Shown: in pieces, positions 38,416-50,999 of the stretch
Position numbering within the stretch: the first letter of the stretch is position 1
Layout of the letters: the number at the start of each line of letters is the position of its first letter
DNA from: Steroidobacteraceae bacterium
GTDB taxonomy: Bacteria > Pseudomonadota > Gammaproteobacteria > Steroidobacterales > Steroidobacteraceae
Direction: 5' to 3'
Length of the DNA stretch: 64,000 bases
NCBI GenBank assembly: GCA_050739115.1
Contig: JBOIAQ010000018.1
Location: forward strand, 680-64,679
Program-made: the position numbers and the translations under genes
The notes under the pieces: model-generated
Told to the model about the DNA's origin: nothing
Databases searched by the model: none
Seen by the model: only the letters and a program-made list of their open reading frames with translations

Positions 38416-39161
38416 ATGTGGAAAAGAGCCCCGATTGCGGTCGCGCTGGCGAGCGCGCCGGCGATCCTCCTCGCGCCGGCCGCACCGGCCGCGATCGCGG
38501 GGACGGCGGGCGCGCCGACGCAATCGCAGACATCGCAGGCGCCAACGTCGCTCGATCGCTATCTCGAGCACTTGAAGACGCTGCGGGTCGCTTTTTTGCA
38601 GACGGTGGCCGATTCCCACGGCGCCGAGGTCGGCCGCTCCTCGGGCACGCTCATCGTCGAGCGGCCGGGGAAATTCCGCTGGGACATTCATCCCGAGCCC
38701 GTGCCCGCCTCAGCGGGTGCGCCCGCGAGCGCGGCGAGCGCGCCGGGAAGCGCTTCCCGGGGCGGCCAGCTCATGGTCTCGGACGGCCGCAATCTCTGGT
38801 ATTTCGATCGGGATCTCGAGCAGGTCACCGTGAGGCCCATGACGGCGGCGCTTTCCGCCACACCGGCAATGCTGCTTTCGGGTACGGTCGATGTGCGCAA
38901 ACACTTCACCGAGAAGAACGTCGGCACGCGTGAAGGCCTCGAGTGGGTGTATGTCGAGCCGCGCAGCGCCCAGGCGGACTTCAATGACGCGCTCTTCGGT
39001 TTCGACTCCAAAGGAACCCTGCAGCGCATGATTCTCGAGGACAAGCTCGGCCAGACCGTCACCATCATCTTCAAGGACGTGGAGGTCAACGTGCCCGTGT
39101 CGCCCCAGAAGTTCGCTTTCACACCGCCTCCGGGAGCGGACGTGATCGGAACGCCCGCCCA

Positions 39162-39165
<4 letters not shown>
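38416..39165 (+). CDS. lolA: Outer-membrane lipoprotein carrier LolA (with low-complexity insertion)
   Basis: Signal peptide, then ...F.Q...D..G.....SSGTLIVERPGKFRW...LMVSDGRNLWYFD.DLEQV.... Position between ftsK and rarA. Confidence 0.88.
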
Positions 39166-41773
<2,608 letters not shown>

Positions 41774-41783
41774 GGCAGCGGAC

Positions 41784-43157
41784 ATGGCGACCGCGGAGCT
41801 CAGCCGATCGCTCAAGCCGAGGCATCTCACGATGATCTCCATCGGAGGAATCATCGGCGCCGGGCTTTTCGTCGGCAGCAGCGCCTCGATTGCCGCCATT
41901 GGACCTGCGATCGTGGTGAGCTATCTCATCACCGGCGCCCTGGTGCTGCTCGTCATGCGCATGCTCGGCGAGATGGCGATGAGCCTGCCCATCGTGCATT
42001 CGTTTGCGGACTTCCCGCGTGCGGGACTCGGGCACTGGGCGGGATTCGTGACCGGGTGGCTCTACTGGTACTTCTGGATGATCGTGGTGCCGGTGGAGGC
42101 GATCGCCGGCGCCAACATTCTGCACGCGTACATCCCGCTGCCGGCGGGCCTGCTCGGGTGCATGCTCATGGCGACCATGACCGCCGTCAATCTCATGTCG
42201 GCACGGTCTTACGGAGAGTTCGAGTTCTGGTTCTCCTCCATCAAGGTCGCCGCCATCATCGCCTTCATCGCGATCGGGGCGGCCTACGCCTTCGGCTGGA
42301 CCTCGCCCCATGGACCCACCTTCGCCAACCTGACGAGCCATGGGGGGTTCATGCCCTACGGCCCCGTGTCGGTGCTCGCGGGTGCGGTCACCGTCTATTT
42401 CCAGTTGACCGGCGCGGAGATCATCACGGTCGCGGCGGTCGAATCGGCCGAGCCGGCACGGGCGGTGGCGCAGCTCACGAGCTCGATCATCGTGCGAATC
42501 CTGACCTTCTACGTGGGCTCGATCTTCTTCATCGTCGCCATCGTGCCGTGGAACAGTGTGGAGATCGGTAAATCGCCCTTCACCCGCGCCTTGTTGCAGA
42601 TGCATTTCGCCTGGGCCGGACGGGCGATGGACTTCATCGTCCTGACGGCGGTGCTCTCGTGTCTGAACTCCGCCTTCTACGTCTGCTCGCGCGTGCTCTT
42701 CGTGCTGGCCGGACACGGTGATGCTCCGCAGGCGCTGATCCAACTCAACCGGCGGCGGGTGCCGGTGAAATCGGTGCTCCTCTGCGCGCTCGCGGGGGTC
42801 GTCGGCATCCTGGCGAGCACTGCCGCGCCGCAGCGCGTGTTCGCCTTCCTCCTCGACGGCGCCGGCGCGCTCATGGTGTTCGTCTACATGTTCGTCGCCA
42901 TCGCGCAGGTGAGCCTGCGGCGGGCGCGCGAACGCGCCGGTGCCCCGCCACCGGCGCTCACGATGTGGCTCTTCCCGTGGGCGAGTTATGCCGCCATCGC
43001 CGGCATGGCCGCGGTCCTCGTCGCCATGGCGTTCACGCCGTCCCTCACCGAAGAGCTGAAGGTGAGCCTGATCTCACTCGCCGTCGTGGTCCTCGCCTAT
43101 CTCGCGCGGCGCGCGCGCCGCCGCCCGATGAGCGACGCGAGCGCTTCCGCGGACTGA
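41784..43157 (+). CDS. APC-family amino-acid permease (GabP/AroP-like)
   Basis: LKPRHLTMISIGGIIGAGLFVGSS..., 12 predicted hydrophobic segments, ...FEFWFSSIKV.... Confidence 0.88.
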   Translation: MATAELSRSLKPRHLTMISIGGIIGAGLFVGSSASIAAIGPAIVVSYLITGALVLLVMRMLGEMAMSLPIVHSFADFPRAGLGHWAGFVTGWLYWYFWMIVVPVEAIAGANILHAYIPLPAGLLGCMLMATMTAVNLMSARSYGEFEFWFSSIKVAAIIAFIAIGAAYAFGWTSPHGPTFANLTSHGGFMPYGPVSVLAGAVTVYFQLTGAEIITVAAVESAEPARAVAQLTSSIIVRILTFYVGSIFFIVAIVPWNSVEIGKSPFTRALLQMHFAWAGRAMDFIVLTAVLSCLNSAFYVCSRVLFVLAGHGDAPQALIQLNRRRVPVKSVLLCALAGVVGILASTAAPQRVFAFLLDGAGALMVFVYMFVAIAQVSLRRARERAGAPPPALTMWLFPWASYAAIAGMAAVLVAMAFTPSLTEELKVSLISLAVVVLAYLARRARRRPMSDASASAD

Positions 43158-43175
43158 CGTAAAGCTGAAAGCGGC

Positions 43176-43800
43176 TTGATCGTGGGCAGCTACCTGCAAC
43201 TCAGTTCCAATCCCTGGCTCGCCACCGGGTTGGGCGCGCTGGCCGCCGTGGTCGCGGGGCTCGCGCTCCATGGCATCTTTCTTCCCATCGTTCGGCGCCT
43301 GCTCGCCTTCAGCGTACATGCCTCGACCGTGGTGCAGTACATCGCCCGGCCGACCCGGTTTCTGCTGCTCCTCTTCGGTTTGCAACTGGTCTGTTCGCGG
43401 CGCCTGCAGACCCACGCGCACGTGCTCGCTCGTGTGGTGATGATGATCGTCCTGATCATCGGCATCGCCTGTGCGCTCATGCTCTTCCCGAGTATCCGGG
43501 AAGTGGGCGCGGGGCTGCTCGCCTCGGCCGGAATCGCCGGCATTGCGGCCGGCGTTGCGGCGCTTGCGCCATTACGGGCCGAACTCGAGCGGCTCTGCAA
43601 GGAGGCACCGGACTGGGACGGCCGGCTCGCGCAGCTGCAAGTGGTCGACGCCAGCGAGCGCGCCATGCAGATCCGCGCTCTGGTGAGCGCCATCGACTCG
43701 GGCAAGGCGTGGGATCTGCGCTGCTGCGTGCGCGAAGGGCTCATCGCCCATCTGCAGCGAGAGTACCCCGAAGCCTACGGCGACTTCGCGCCGACCTCAT
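43176..43800 (+). pseudogene. MscS-family mechanosensitive channel remnant with internal deletion
   Basis: TM region up to the pore helix (GLLASAGIAGIAAGVAA) is joined directly to a C-terminal-domain sequence (PDWDGRLAQLQVVDASERAMQIRALVSAIDSGKAWDLRCCVREGLIAHLQREYPEA). The ~150-aa beta domain is absent. The track ORF runs on to 44273 only because it is antisense to the next gene. Confidence 0.55.
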
Positions 43801-44762
43801 CTGGCACCGTTCGTCACCAGAGCCGCGAGCAGCTCGCTGACCGGCAGATCATCGAGCCGCGGGGGGCTGGCGAAGAGGACCTTGATACGCTCGGCCTGAC
43901 GCACCGGAAAGTGACGATCGACGGCGGCCTGAAATCTCATCGCGACCCGCGCAATCTCCTGCGGGCTTTCGCGGTTGGTGAGCCGAGCGATGAACTCGGT
44001 GCCGAACGCCGTACCCAAAGAGCTGCCGACGAGCTCCGGGATTTCCAAGTCGATCGGCGTCGCAGGGCTCGCGCGCTCGCAGCTCACTGCCTGGCACGCA
44101 TGCCGCACGGCACGACTCATCGCGTCCGCCAGGATCCAATCCCTGCGCGCCCGCCGTCGCGGCTCCTCGGCGTTGGTCGACACTCCACCGTCTACGGACA
44201 CATAACTCAGAGCCGTGACGATCTGTCGCTGCGTGGCGCCGAGCTGCGTCGCGGCCACGGCCGCGGCGGCTAGCCGCGCGAGACGGAGGCTCGCAGCCCA
44301 CCCACTCGGCTCTCCGCTGATGGGTGCAAGGACGCACTGGATTTCGAGTGCCTTGATGTTCGCGGCGAGTAGGTCGCGTATGGTCGGCGGAGCCTTGCCC
44401 TCCATGCTGGCCTTGCGCGCCAGATAGTCAGCGATCGCGAGCACGGCGGCGAGCGATGCGGTCCCGCAACCGTACGGCAAATCGAGCCAATCCTCACCCG
44501 TTGAGCTACAGAGCATCACGCCCAGGCAGAATGCGGCCTGGGCCGGATCGAGCTCGAGCGAGGTACCGGGGACGCGCGCTCCGCCCGGCATCACCGCGCC
44601 CGGTACCAGAGGAGCCACGAGGGAGGCGCATTCCGGGTCGCGGAGCGACTCGAAGCCGCCGGCCAGGGCCTCGATCAGATATCGGCGCGCGGCAGCGAAG
44701 GCCGACTCGCTCCTGACCGTGAAGCGCGCGGCGTAATCGGCAATAGCAACGATCAGGGACAC
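43797..44762 (-). CDS. MmgE/PrpD-family protein, unusually short (321 aa)
   Basis: IADYAARF...AARRYLIEALAGGFESL... and later ...ALSYVSVDGG... resemble the PrpD fold, but typical members have about 450-480 aa. Confidence 0.5.
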   Translation of the reverse strand: MSLIVAIADYAARFTVRSESAFAAARRYLIEALAGGFESLRDPECASLVAPLVPGAVMPGGARVPGTSLELDPAQAAFCLGVMLCSSTGEDWLDLPYGCGTASLAAVLAIADYLARKASMEGKAPPTIRDLLAANIKALEIQCVLAPISGEPSGWAASLRLARLAAAAVAATQLGATQRQIVTALSYVSVDGGVSTNAEEPRRRARRDWILADAMSRAVRHACQAVSCERASPATPIDLEIPELVGSSLGTAFGTEFIARLTNRESPQEIARVAMRFQAAVDRHFPVRQAERIKVLFASPPRLDDLPVSELLAALVTNGAR

Positions 44763-44774
44763 TGCGCGATTGTC

Positions 44775-45995
44775 TCAGCTGTCTGGGGCCCGGACCAGCC
44801 GCACCCGGGCAATTTCAGACGGCACACCCAACCGCGTGGGTGGTCCCCAGTAACCGCTGCCGCGGCTCGTATAGATCCAGAGTCCCCCTAACCGGTTGAG
44901 CCCGGCGGTGAAGGGCTGTTGCAGCCGCACGAAAAGATTCCAAGGCCAGAACTGGCCGCCATGCGTATGGCCGGAGAGTTGCAGGTCGAATCCCGCATCG
45001 GCTGCCGCGGCAGCCGTCCGCGGCTGATGCGCGAGCAGCACGCGCGGCCGCACTCCGGGCGGTGCGCCGCTCAGGGCGGTGTTCGGGTCGCTGCGGTGTG
45101 CCGGGTCGAACCGGTGCGCGCTGTAGTCGGTCACCCCGGCGATGAGGAGCGAGGCGCCTCCACGACTCAACACCACGTGCTCGTTGAGGAGGACGTGGAC
45201 ACCCAAGCGGCGAAGCTCGGCGATCCACGCCGCGGCGCCGGAGTAGTATTCGTGGTTGCCCGTGACGAAGTAAGCGCCGTAGCGCGAATGCAGGTGCGAG
45301 AGCGGCTCGACGTGCTCGGCAAGCTGCTCGACCGAGCCGTCCACCAGGTCGCCGGTGATGGCGACGAGATCGACATCGAGGGAGTTGACGATCTCCACGA
45401 TGCGGCGCACGAAGTCCCGCGTGATGGTGGGGCCGATATGCACATCGCTGATCTGCGCGATCGTGAATCCCTGAAGCGCCGCCGGCAGGCCGGGCAGTGG
45501 CACCGTCACGTCGACCACGCGCGGGCGCCGGCGGGCGTCGATGAAACCGATTACCGTGGCGAGCGCGGCGAGGAGCGGCACGGCGATGGCCGACGCTGTC
45601 TCGAGCGTGGCCGCCTCACCGCGCGAGGCGAAAAGCACGGCGGGCCCGAGAAAGAGATCCCGGGTCAGGGTGAGGACGGCGAGCGAGGAGAAGAAGCCGC
45701 CGTTGAGCGAGCCCAGCCAGGCGATGTTTGCCGCGAGCGGACTCTCCTGCCGTCCGCGTGCCCGCGCTCCCGCGATGATGAGCGCAAAGGAGGCGCAGAG
45801 CGCGAGAGCGCCAAGCAGGCGCCCGAGCAGCGTGATCGGTAGAGCGGGCAGCAGCCGCGCGCCCACGTACACGTGCAGCAGCGCGATCAGCGTGACGATG
45901 TTGCGAACGAAGCGCAACGGGCGCCGGCGCCTGCTGGTGGCGCGGCCGGATAGGGGCAGGGGAGCGGAGCGGGCGGCAGCGCTTTCGGTCGGCAT
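44775..45995 (-). CDS. Membrane-anchored metallophosphoesterase (calcineurin-like)
   Basis: Four N-terminal hydrophobic segments, then ISDVHIG...ITGDLVD...GNHEY...LLAHQP...SGHTHGGQ. Confidence 0.85.
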   Translation of the reverse strand: MPTESAAARSAPLPLSGRATSRRRRPLRFVRNIVTLIALLHVYVGARLLPALPITLLGRLLGALALCASFALIIAGARARGRQESPLAANIAWLGSLNGGFFSSLAVLTLTRDLFLGPAVLFASRGEAATLETASAIAVPLLAALATVIGFIDARRRPRVVDVTVPLPGLPAALQGFTIAQISDVHIGPTITRDFVRRIVEIVNSLDVDLVAITGDLVDGSVEQLAEHVEPLSHLHSRYGAYFVTGNHEYYSGAAAWIAELRRLGVHVLLNEHVVLSRGGASLLIAGVTDYSAHRFDPAHRSDPNTALSGAPPGVRPRVLLAHQPRTAAAAADAGFDLQLSGHTHGGQFWPWNLFVRLQQPFTAGLNRLGGLWIYTSRGSGYWGPPTRLGVPSEIARVRLVRAPDS

Positions 45996-46154
45996 ATGCT
46001 CTCGACGGGCGGGGTCCACGGATATTGCCTGCGCCGCGTAAGGGGCGCGAGCCCGGAGCGGCTGAGACCGGTTGACGGTTGAACCCGCCGGGTCGCATTT
46101 TGGTAGCATCTGCGCCGCCGAGTTCCCTGAAGCAGCTCTCGCGAGGAACACCCG

Positions 46155-46355
46155 GTGAGCGACCAAGCCCCGATCTCATCCGAATGTCCGAACTGCCATC
46201 AGGAGCGCGCGCTCACGTACACGCGCGAGGAGCTTGCCGAGCTGCTACGCGCCGGTGCAGGCATCGAAGTCATGTGCGTCAGTTGCGATGAGACATGGCC
46301 GCTCTCGACGGAGGAGCGCGCTGATGTTGCACGCGGACTCGAGCGAGGATACTGA
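46155..46355 (+). CDS. Small zinc-ribbon protein (CxxC...CxxC), hypothetical
   Basis: 66 aa, ECPNCHQE...MCVSCDE. GTG start. No strong Shine-Dalgarno sequence seen. Confidence 0.4.
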   Translation: MSDQAPISSECPNCHQERALTYTREELAELLRAGAGIEVMCVSCDETWPLSTEERADVARGLERGY

Positions 46356-46418
46356 GTGCAGCGGCAGTGATCAGGGCGCCCTGATAAAATGCGCGCAAGT
46401 CGCTGATTCCCCTATACC

Positions 46419-46505
46419 GGAGAGGTGGCAGAGCGGTTGAATGCACCGGTCTTGAAAACCGGCATCGGGGCAACCCGATCGTGGGTTCGAATCCCACCCT
46501 CTCCG
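46419..46505 (+). tRNA. tRNA-Ser (anticodon UGA)
   Basis: GGAGAGG-TG-GCAGAGCGGTTGAATGC-A-CCGGT-CTTGAAA-ACCGG-long variable arm-GTGGG-TTCGAAT-CCCAC-CCTCTCC-G. Perfect acceptor, anticodon and T stems. CCA is not encoded. Confidence 0.93.
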
Positions 46506-46824
46506 CAGTGGCGTGGCGGTTATATCGGCTTCCGTCAGATCGCTCACCGGGTCCGAAGCCCGCATAGCCGCCTCTTAGTCCTGTTGGAATGGAATTTCCC
46601 GTAAGACGATGATCCGGATATCCGCCCTCGAGTCGTATACGTGATAGCCGCAAGTGCAACTTCGTCCACACTTTCACGCGGCGAGCCATGGGCGTGTGGC
46701 CGACACCGGAGCTGGTCGGCGGGTAGCGCGGCTCGACCGTAGAAGCGCGACGATCGCGGTACACCGGGGCGGAATGGCGCTTGCTCACCATCCGCTTTAC
46801 GAGACCAGCCACGGGAGTAATGGC

Positions 46825-47064
46825 ATGACATCCAAGGTACAGGGTGAGGGCGATTACGAATCCGCCCGCCGCTATGATGAGGAGACGAAGCGCTTCGTGG
46901 AGGAGAAGACCCAGGGCGGCAAACCGCTCGAAGGCTCTGCGTCGGAGGCTTCCGATGAGCTGACGCCCGAGGAGAAGAAAGCGCGGGCGCGGGCGAAGGC
47001 GGGCGACCAGGATCAGCGCGATGCTGATGCCCTGCGCAAAGCCGAGGAGCAGCGCAAGCACTGA
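46825..47064 (+). CDS. Small hydrophilic conserved hypothetical protein
   Basis: MTSKVQGEGDYESARRYDEETKRFVEEK...EEKKARARAKAGDQDQRDADALRKAEEQRKH. GGGAG Shine-Dalgarno sequence 8 nt upstream of the ATG. Confidence 0.6.
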   Translation: MTSKVQGEGDYESARRYDEETKRFVEEKTQGGKPLEGSASEASDELTPEEKKARARAKAGDQDQRDADALRKAEEQRKH

Positions 47065-47190
47065 CGGGGGCTGATCCGCTACCGAGCGGGCGGGGAAGGT
47101 TGCCGGGAGCGTGCGGCGGATCACAAAACCGCCCGTTGAGCGGTGACTTTTGGATGCCGCGGCCGAAAACCATAGGCCGCCCGAAGCGAT

Positions 47191-48348
47191 GTGCACCCTC
47201 GAAGGCCGGCCGGGGATAGCGTGATCTGGTTGCTGTCATTGCTGCTCATTGCAGCCTGCGGATTCGCCGCGTGGCCCGCGCTTCGCCGGTTTACACCCGC
47301 GGCTCTCGCGCGTGTGGGTGGATCAGCCGAGATCGAAAGCGAAGCGCCGTCCGATCTGCGGCATCTACCGGAGCCGCCGATATTGCAGGCGGATTCGGCA
47401 CAATTCCTCGATCGCACCGAGGTGTTCCGCCGGCTTCGGCAGCTCGAGCTGGGCGTTTCCGGGGGAGGGCAGCCGGATCCTGCGCACGAGCGTATCGTGG
47501 CAACCGCGCTCGCGGCGATCGGCGATCCGGCCAACCAGAGACAGTACTTCCCGCGGCGCCCCAATCTTCTGCCGCAGCTGATCCGCGCCATCAACGACAC
47601 GAACGTTCCCGTGCGCCAGCTGGTCGCCATCGTCGCACGCGACCCGGCGCTGGTCGGCAGTCTCCTCAAGGTCGCGAATAGCTCTTTTTATCGCATCACT
47701 CCGCGACCGATCGAAACCATCGAACGGGCGATCGTAGCGTTGGGAAGCGATGGTCTTCGCTCGGTCATGGCCGCGGCTCTGATGCAGCCGATATTTCAGA
47801 GCTCGGGCGTCGGAGCGGCGTCCCGGTTTCCGGAGCTCGTCTGGGAACATGCGGTGCGCTCGGCTCATGCGGCAATCGCTCACGCCGCCTTGGTGGAGCG
47901 GGCGAACCCGTTCGCGGCCGAGCTGCTGAGCCTCATCAGCGGACTGGCGGAGATCGTGCTGTTTCGGGCGGTACGCGAGCACTGCCAACCGGCATCGACC
48001 GGAGAGGGAGTCGATCCGCGGGTGATCGCCTCCATACTCGATGCGCAATCCGCCGCATTTGCCTGGCATATCGGCTCCGACTGGCGGCTTTCCGAGGAGA
48101 CGCTGGCGGCCCTGGAGGAGCAGATGACATTCTCCGCGCCGGCCACGCCGCTCGGCCGGTCGTTGCGCTTTGGTCGCTGCGCCGGCGCCCTGGCGGTTCT
48201 ACACAGTAACTGCATCATCGATGACGCCAGTGTCAGGATCTCGGTCCCCCCCTCGGGGCTCTCGTCCTCGCATCTTGAATCCATGTTGACGCGTCTGTTG
48301 CGTGCTCATGAGGATCCAAGGACGATACCCGGGACGGCGCCTCGCTGA
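47191..48348 (+). CDS. HDOD domain signalling protein
   Basis: LPQLIRAINDTNVPVRQLVAIVARDPALVGSLLKVANSSFYRITPRPIETIERAIVALGSDGLRSV. N-terminal hydrophobic segment. The start is uncertain (GTG at 47191 or 47221). Confidence 0.8.
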   Translation: MHPRRPAGDSVIWLLSLLLIAACGFAAWPALRRFTPAALARVGGSAEIESEAPSDLRHLPEPPILQADSAQFLDRTEVFRRLRQLELGVSGGGQPDPAHERIVATALAAIGDPANQRQYFPRRPNLLPQLIRAINDTNVPVRQLVAIVARDPALVGSLLKVANSSFYRITPRPIETIERAIVALGSDGLRSVMAAALMQPIFQSSGVGAASRFPELVWEHAVRSAHAAIAHAALVERANPFAAELLSLISGLAEIVLFRAVREHCQPASTGEGVDPRVIASILDAQSAAFAWHIGSDWRLSEETLAALEEQMTFSAPATPLGRSLRFGRCAGALAVLHSNCIIDDASVRISVPPSGLSSSHLESMLTRLLRAHEDPRTIPGTAPR

Positions 48349-48587
48349 GAGTTGCGCGCGATTCGGTCGCGACAGGTCCGAGGTCAGCGGCTCAACGTCC
48401 TGGACGAGCGGATGATCCGCCACGAGACTCCATATCGTCAAGTACTTTGTATAATAAAGTAACTGTCGCGCTGTCGAAAAGAGTGTCAGTGCCGCGTGGC
48501 TGCGCAATCCCCGCCTGCGGGCGATCCTGCCCTTCGGATGACCGATATAATCGTCGGCCAGTTCATCCCGCTGCATCGGGGGCGATA

Positions 48588-50186
48588 TTGAGGCAACGAT
48601 TGCGCAGTGCACTGGCAGCATCGGTGCTGTCGGCCTCTCTGCTCGCAGGAATCTGCCACGCCGCTCCGTCGGCCCCTGTGGTCCGCATTCCACAGGGGAC
48701 CTTGGCCGGGCTGAAGCGCGGCGCGGTAGATGCGTTTCTCGGAATCCCGTACGCGGCGCCTCCGGTCGGACGCAATCGCTGGCACGCGCCGCAATCGGCA
48801 CCTCGGTGGGAGGGCATCCGCTCCGCAAAAAGATTCGCGCCAAGCTGTTGGCAGGTGATGACTCCCGCCGGTATCGGACCGTGGACCCACGAGTACGTCC
48901 CTCAGGGGCGCGCCAGTGAGGACTGCCTTTATCTCAACGTCTGGACGCCCACCACGGATGTGCGCCGGCAACTACCGGTGCTGCTCTGGATCCCGGGCGG
49001 CGGCTTCGTCGCCGGCTCCGGCTCCGCGGCAGTGTACGACGGCGCGAAATTCGCCGCGCAGGGTATCGTCGTGGTCACGATCAACTACCGGGTGGGCCTG
49101 TTCGGTTTCTTCGTGACACCGGAGCTCGCCGCCGAAGCGGCCCGCGAGCACGAGCCTGCGGGAAACTATGGGTTGCAGGACATGGTTGCGGCGCTGCAAT
49201 GGGTGCATCGCAACATCGCCGCCTTCGGAGGCAATCCGGATGCCATCACCGTCGGTGGCCAATCCGCCGGTGCCATGGCCGTGCACGACCTCATCGTCTC
49301 GCCGCTTGCCACGGGACTCTTCCGGCGCGCGATTACCGAGAGCGGACTGCCTGACACGGCGCCGCCCCCCTCTCTGGCAGAGGCGGAGCGAGCCGGCGAG
49401 AAGTTGGCGCGTTCCAAGGGCGCCAAGACTCTCGCGGCGCTTCGTGCGCTGACACCCCAGCAGCTGACCGCGAACGCGCCGCCCGGTCTGAAGGGGCCGC
49501 TTCTCATCCCCATCATCGACGGCGTGCTGCTTCCGGCCCCGCCCGAGACGCTCCTCATCCCCGGCGCGTTCGCCGATGTGCCCATTCTCGCCGGGATCGA
49601 TGCCGATGATGCGTCCGCATTCTCGGGGCCGCTCGTAAGATCGATGACTCGATCGGCCTGGAGAGCGCTTCTCAAGCAGACTTTCGGCGCGCTGGCGCCG
49701 CGGTTTGCGACTCTGTACCCCGCGGGGACGGGCACCGAGCGCGCGCGCTCGGCGCGGCAGTTGCACCGTGATCTTGGGCTCGCCGCGCTCTATGCCTGGA
49801 GTCGCGGATGGAACTCACACGCCAGCAGTCCGGCGTACGGCTATCTCTTCGATCACCTCGAGCCGGGCCCGGAGTCGGGCCGTTGGGGTGTCTTTCACTC
49901 CTCCGAGCTGCCCTACGTGTTTGGCACCCTCGATGCGGCTCCGGAGCGGCATTTCACCCGCACCGACCGGGCGCTCTCGCGGACCTTGTCGCGTTATTGG
50001 ATCGATTTCATCAAAACCGGGGATCCCAACGCCCGTGGACTTCCTCGTTGGCCGCGCATGCAGGGAGCCGATCCGCAGATCATGGTCCTCGAGCCTGCTC
50101 CGGCGCCGGAGCCGATCCTGCCGCCGGGCAAGCTCGATTTGATGAACGTGTTCCTCGCGCGGGGCGGCAAGCCGAGCATTTTCTGA
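48588..50186 (+). CDS. Secreted type-B carboxylesterase/lipase
   Basis: Signal peptide (RQRLRSALAASVLSASLLAGICHA), FLGIPYAAPPVG..RW, EDCLYLNVWTP, GGGF..GSG, nucleophile elbow GGQSAGA. TTG start chosen at 48588; the track ORF begins at 48447. Confidence 0.88.
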   Translation: MRQRLRSALAASVLSASLLAGICHAAPSAPVVRIPQGTLAGLKRGAVDAFLGIPYAAPPVGRNRWHAPQSAPRWEGIRSAKRFAPSCWQVMTPAGIGPWTHEYVPQGRASEDCLYLNVWTPTTDVRRQLPVLLWIPGGGFVAGSGSAAVYDGAKFAAQGIVVVTINYRVGLFGFFVTPELAAEAAREHEPAGNYGLQDMVAALQWVHRNIAAFGGNPDAITVGGQSAGAMAVHDLIVSPLATGLFRRAITESGLPDTAPPPSLAEAERAGEKLARSKGAKTLAALRALTPQQLTANAPPGLKGPLLIPIIDGVLLPAPPETLLIPGAFADVPILAGIDADDASAFSGPLVRSMTRSAWRALLKQTFGALAPRFATLYPAGTGTERARSARQLHRDLGLAALYAWSRGWNSHASSPAYGYLFDHLEPGPESGRWGVFHSSELPYVFGTLDAAPERHFTRTDRALSRTLSRYWIDFIKTGDPNARGLPRWPRMQGADPQIMVLEPAPAPEPILPPGKLDLMNVFLARGGKPSIF

Positions 50187-50201
50187 CGGTCGCTCGCGAT
50201 A

Positions 50202-50999
50202 TCAGATCGCGAGCGTCAGACTGATGGGACAGTGATCGCTCCCCATCACATCGGCATGAATCTGCGCCGCCTTCACGGCTTTTTGGAGGCTTCGGGAAGC
50301 GAGAAAGTAATCGATTCTCCATCCGACGTTGCGCGCCCGTGAGTTGGCGAAGTGGCTCCACCAGGTGTAATGACCGCTGCCCTGCTTGAAGAGGCGCAGG
50401 GTGTCGACGAATCCGGCTTCGACGAGATTCTGGAAGCCTTCGCGCTCCTCGTCGGTGAATCCCTTCCTGCCGCGGTTGGATTTGGGATTGGCGAGATCGA
50501 GCTCGGTGTGAGCCACATTGAGATCGCCGCAGAAGACCACGGGCCTTTTCTTCTCGAGCTGACGGCAGTAGGCGAGGAACGCCGGGTCCCAGTGCTTGTG
50601 CCGCAACGGCAAGCGGCTCAGATCGTCCTTCGCATTCGGCGTGTAGACCGTCACCACATAGAGCTTGGGAAACTCCGCAGTGATGACCCGACCTTCCTCA
50701 CTGCTGTCGCGCTCGAGCTCGTCGGCGAACTGGAAGCGCCTGGCGAACGCCTTCGGAAAGCCGTTGACCACCGAGAGCGGCTCTTGCCTCGAGAGAATGG
50801 CGGTGCCCGAATAGCCTTTCTTCAGCGCGGAGTTCCAGTATTCGTGATAGTCCGGCAGGTCGATCTCGATCTGTCCGCGCTCGGCTTTGGTCTCCTGGAG
50901 ACACAGGACATCGGGCCGGTGCGCCTTCACGAAGCGCTGGAACAGGCCTTTCTTGACCACGGCGCGGATGCCGTTGACGTTCCAGGAGTAGAGTTTCAT
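50202..50999 (-). CDS. xthA: Exodeoxyribonuclease III
   Basis: MKLYSWNVNGIRAVVKKG...PDVLCLQETKA...GDLNVAH...WRIDYFL...GSDHCPI. Confidence 0.95.
   Translation of the reverse strand: MKLYSWNVNGIRAVVKKGLFQRFVKAHRPDVLCLQETKAERGQIEIDLPDYHEYWNSALKKGYSGTAILSRQEPLSVVNGFPKAFARRFQFADELERDSSEEGRVITAEFPKLYVVTVYTPNAKDDLSRLPLRHKHWDPAFLAYCRQLEKKRPVVFCGDLNVAHTELDLANPKSNRGRKGFTDEEREGFQNLVEAGFVDTLRLFKQGSGHYTWWSHFANSRARNVGWRIDYFLASRSLQKAVKAAQIHADVMGSDHCPISLTLAI

Noticed and set aside
43176-44273. 365-aa intact mechanosensitive channel ORF
   Set aside because: Beyond about 43800 the frame is merely antisense to the PrpD-like gene. The recognisable MscS parts are discontinuous, missing the beta domain.
48430-48470. 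AT-rich near-palindrome AGTACTTTGTATAATAAAGTAACT with a TATAAT hexamer upstream of the esterase gene
   Set aside because: It is plausibly just a -10 promoter element. The arms need an indel to pair and no matching -35 or second copy was found. Too weak to call as a feature.
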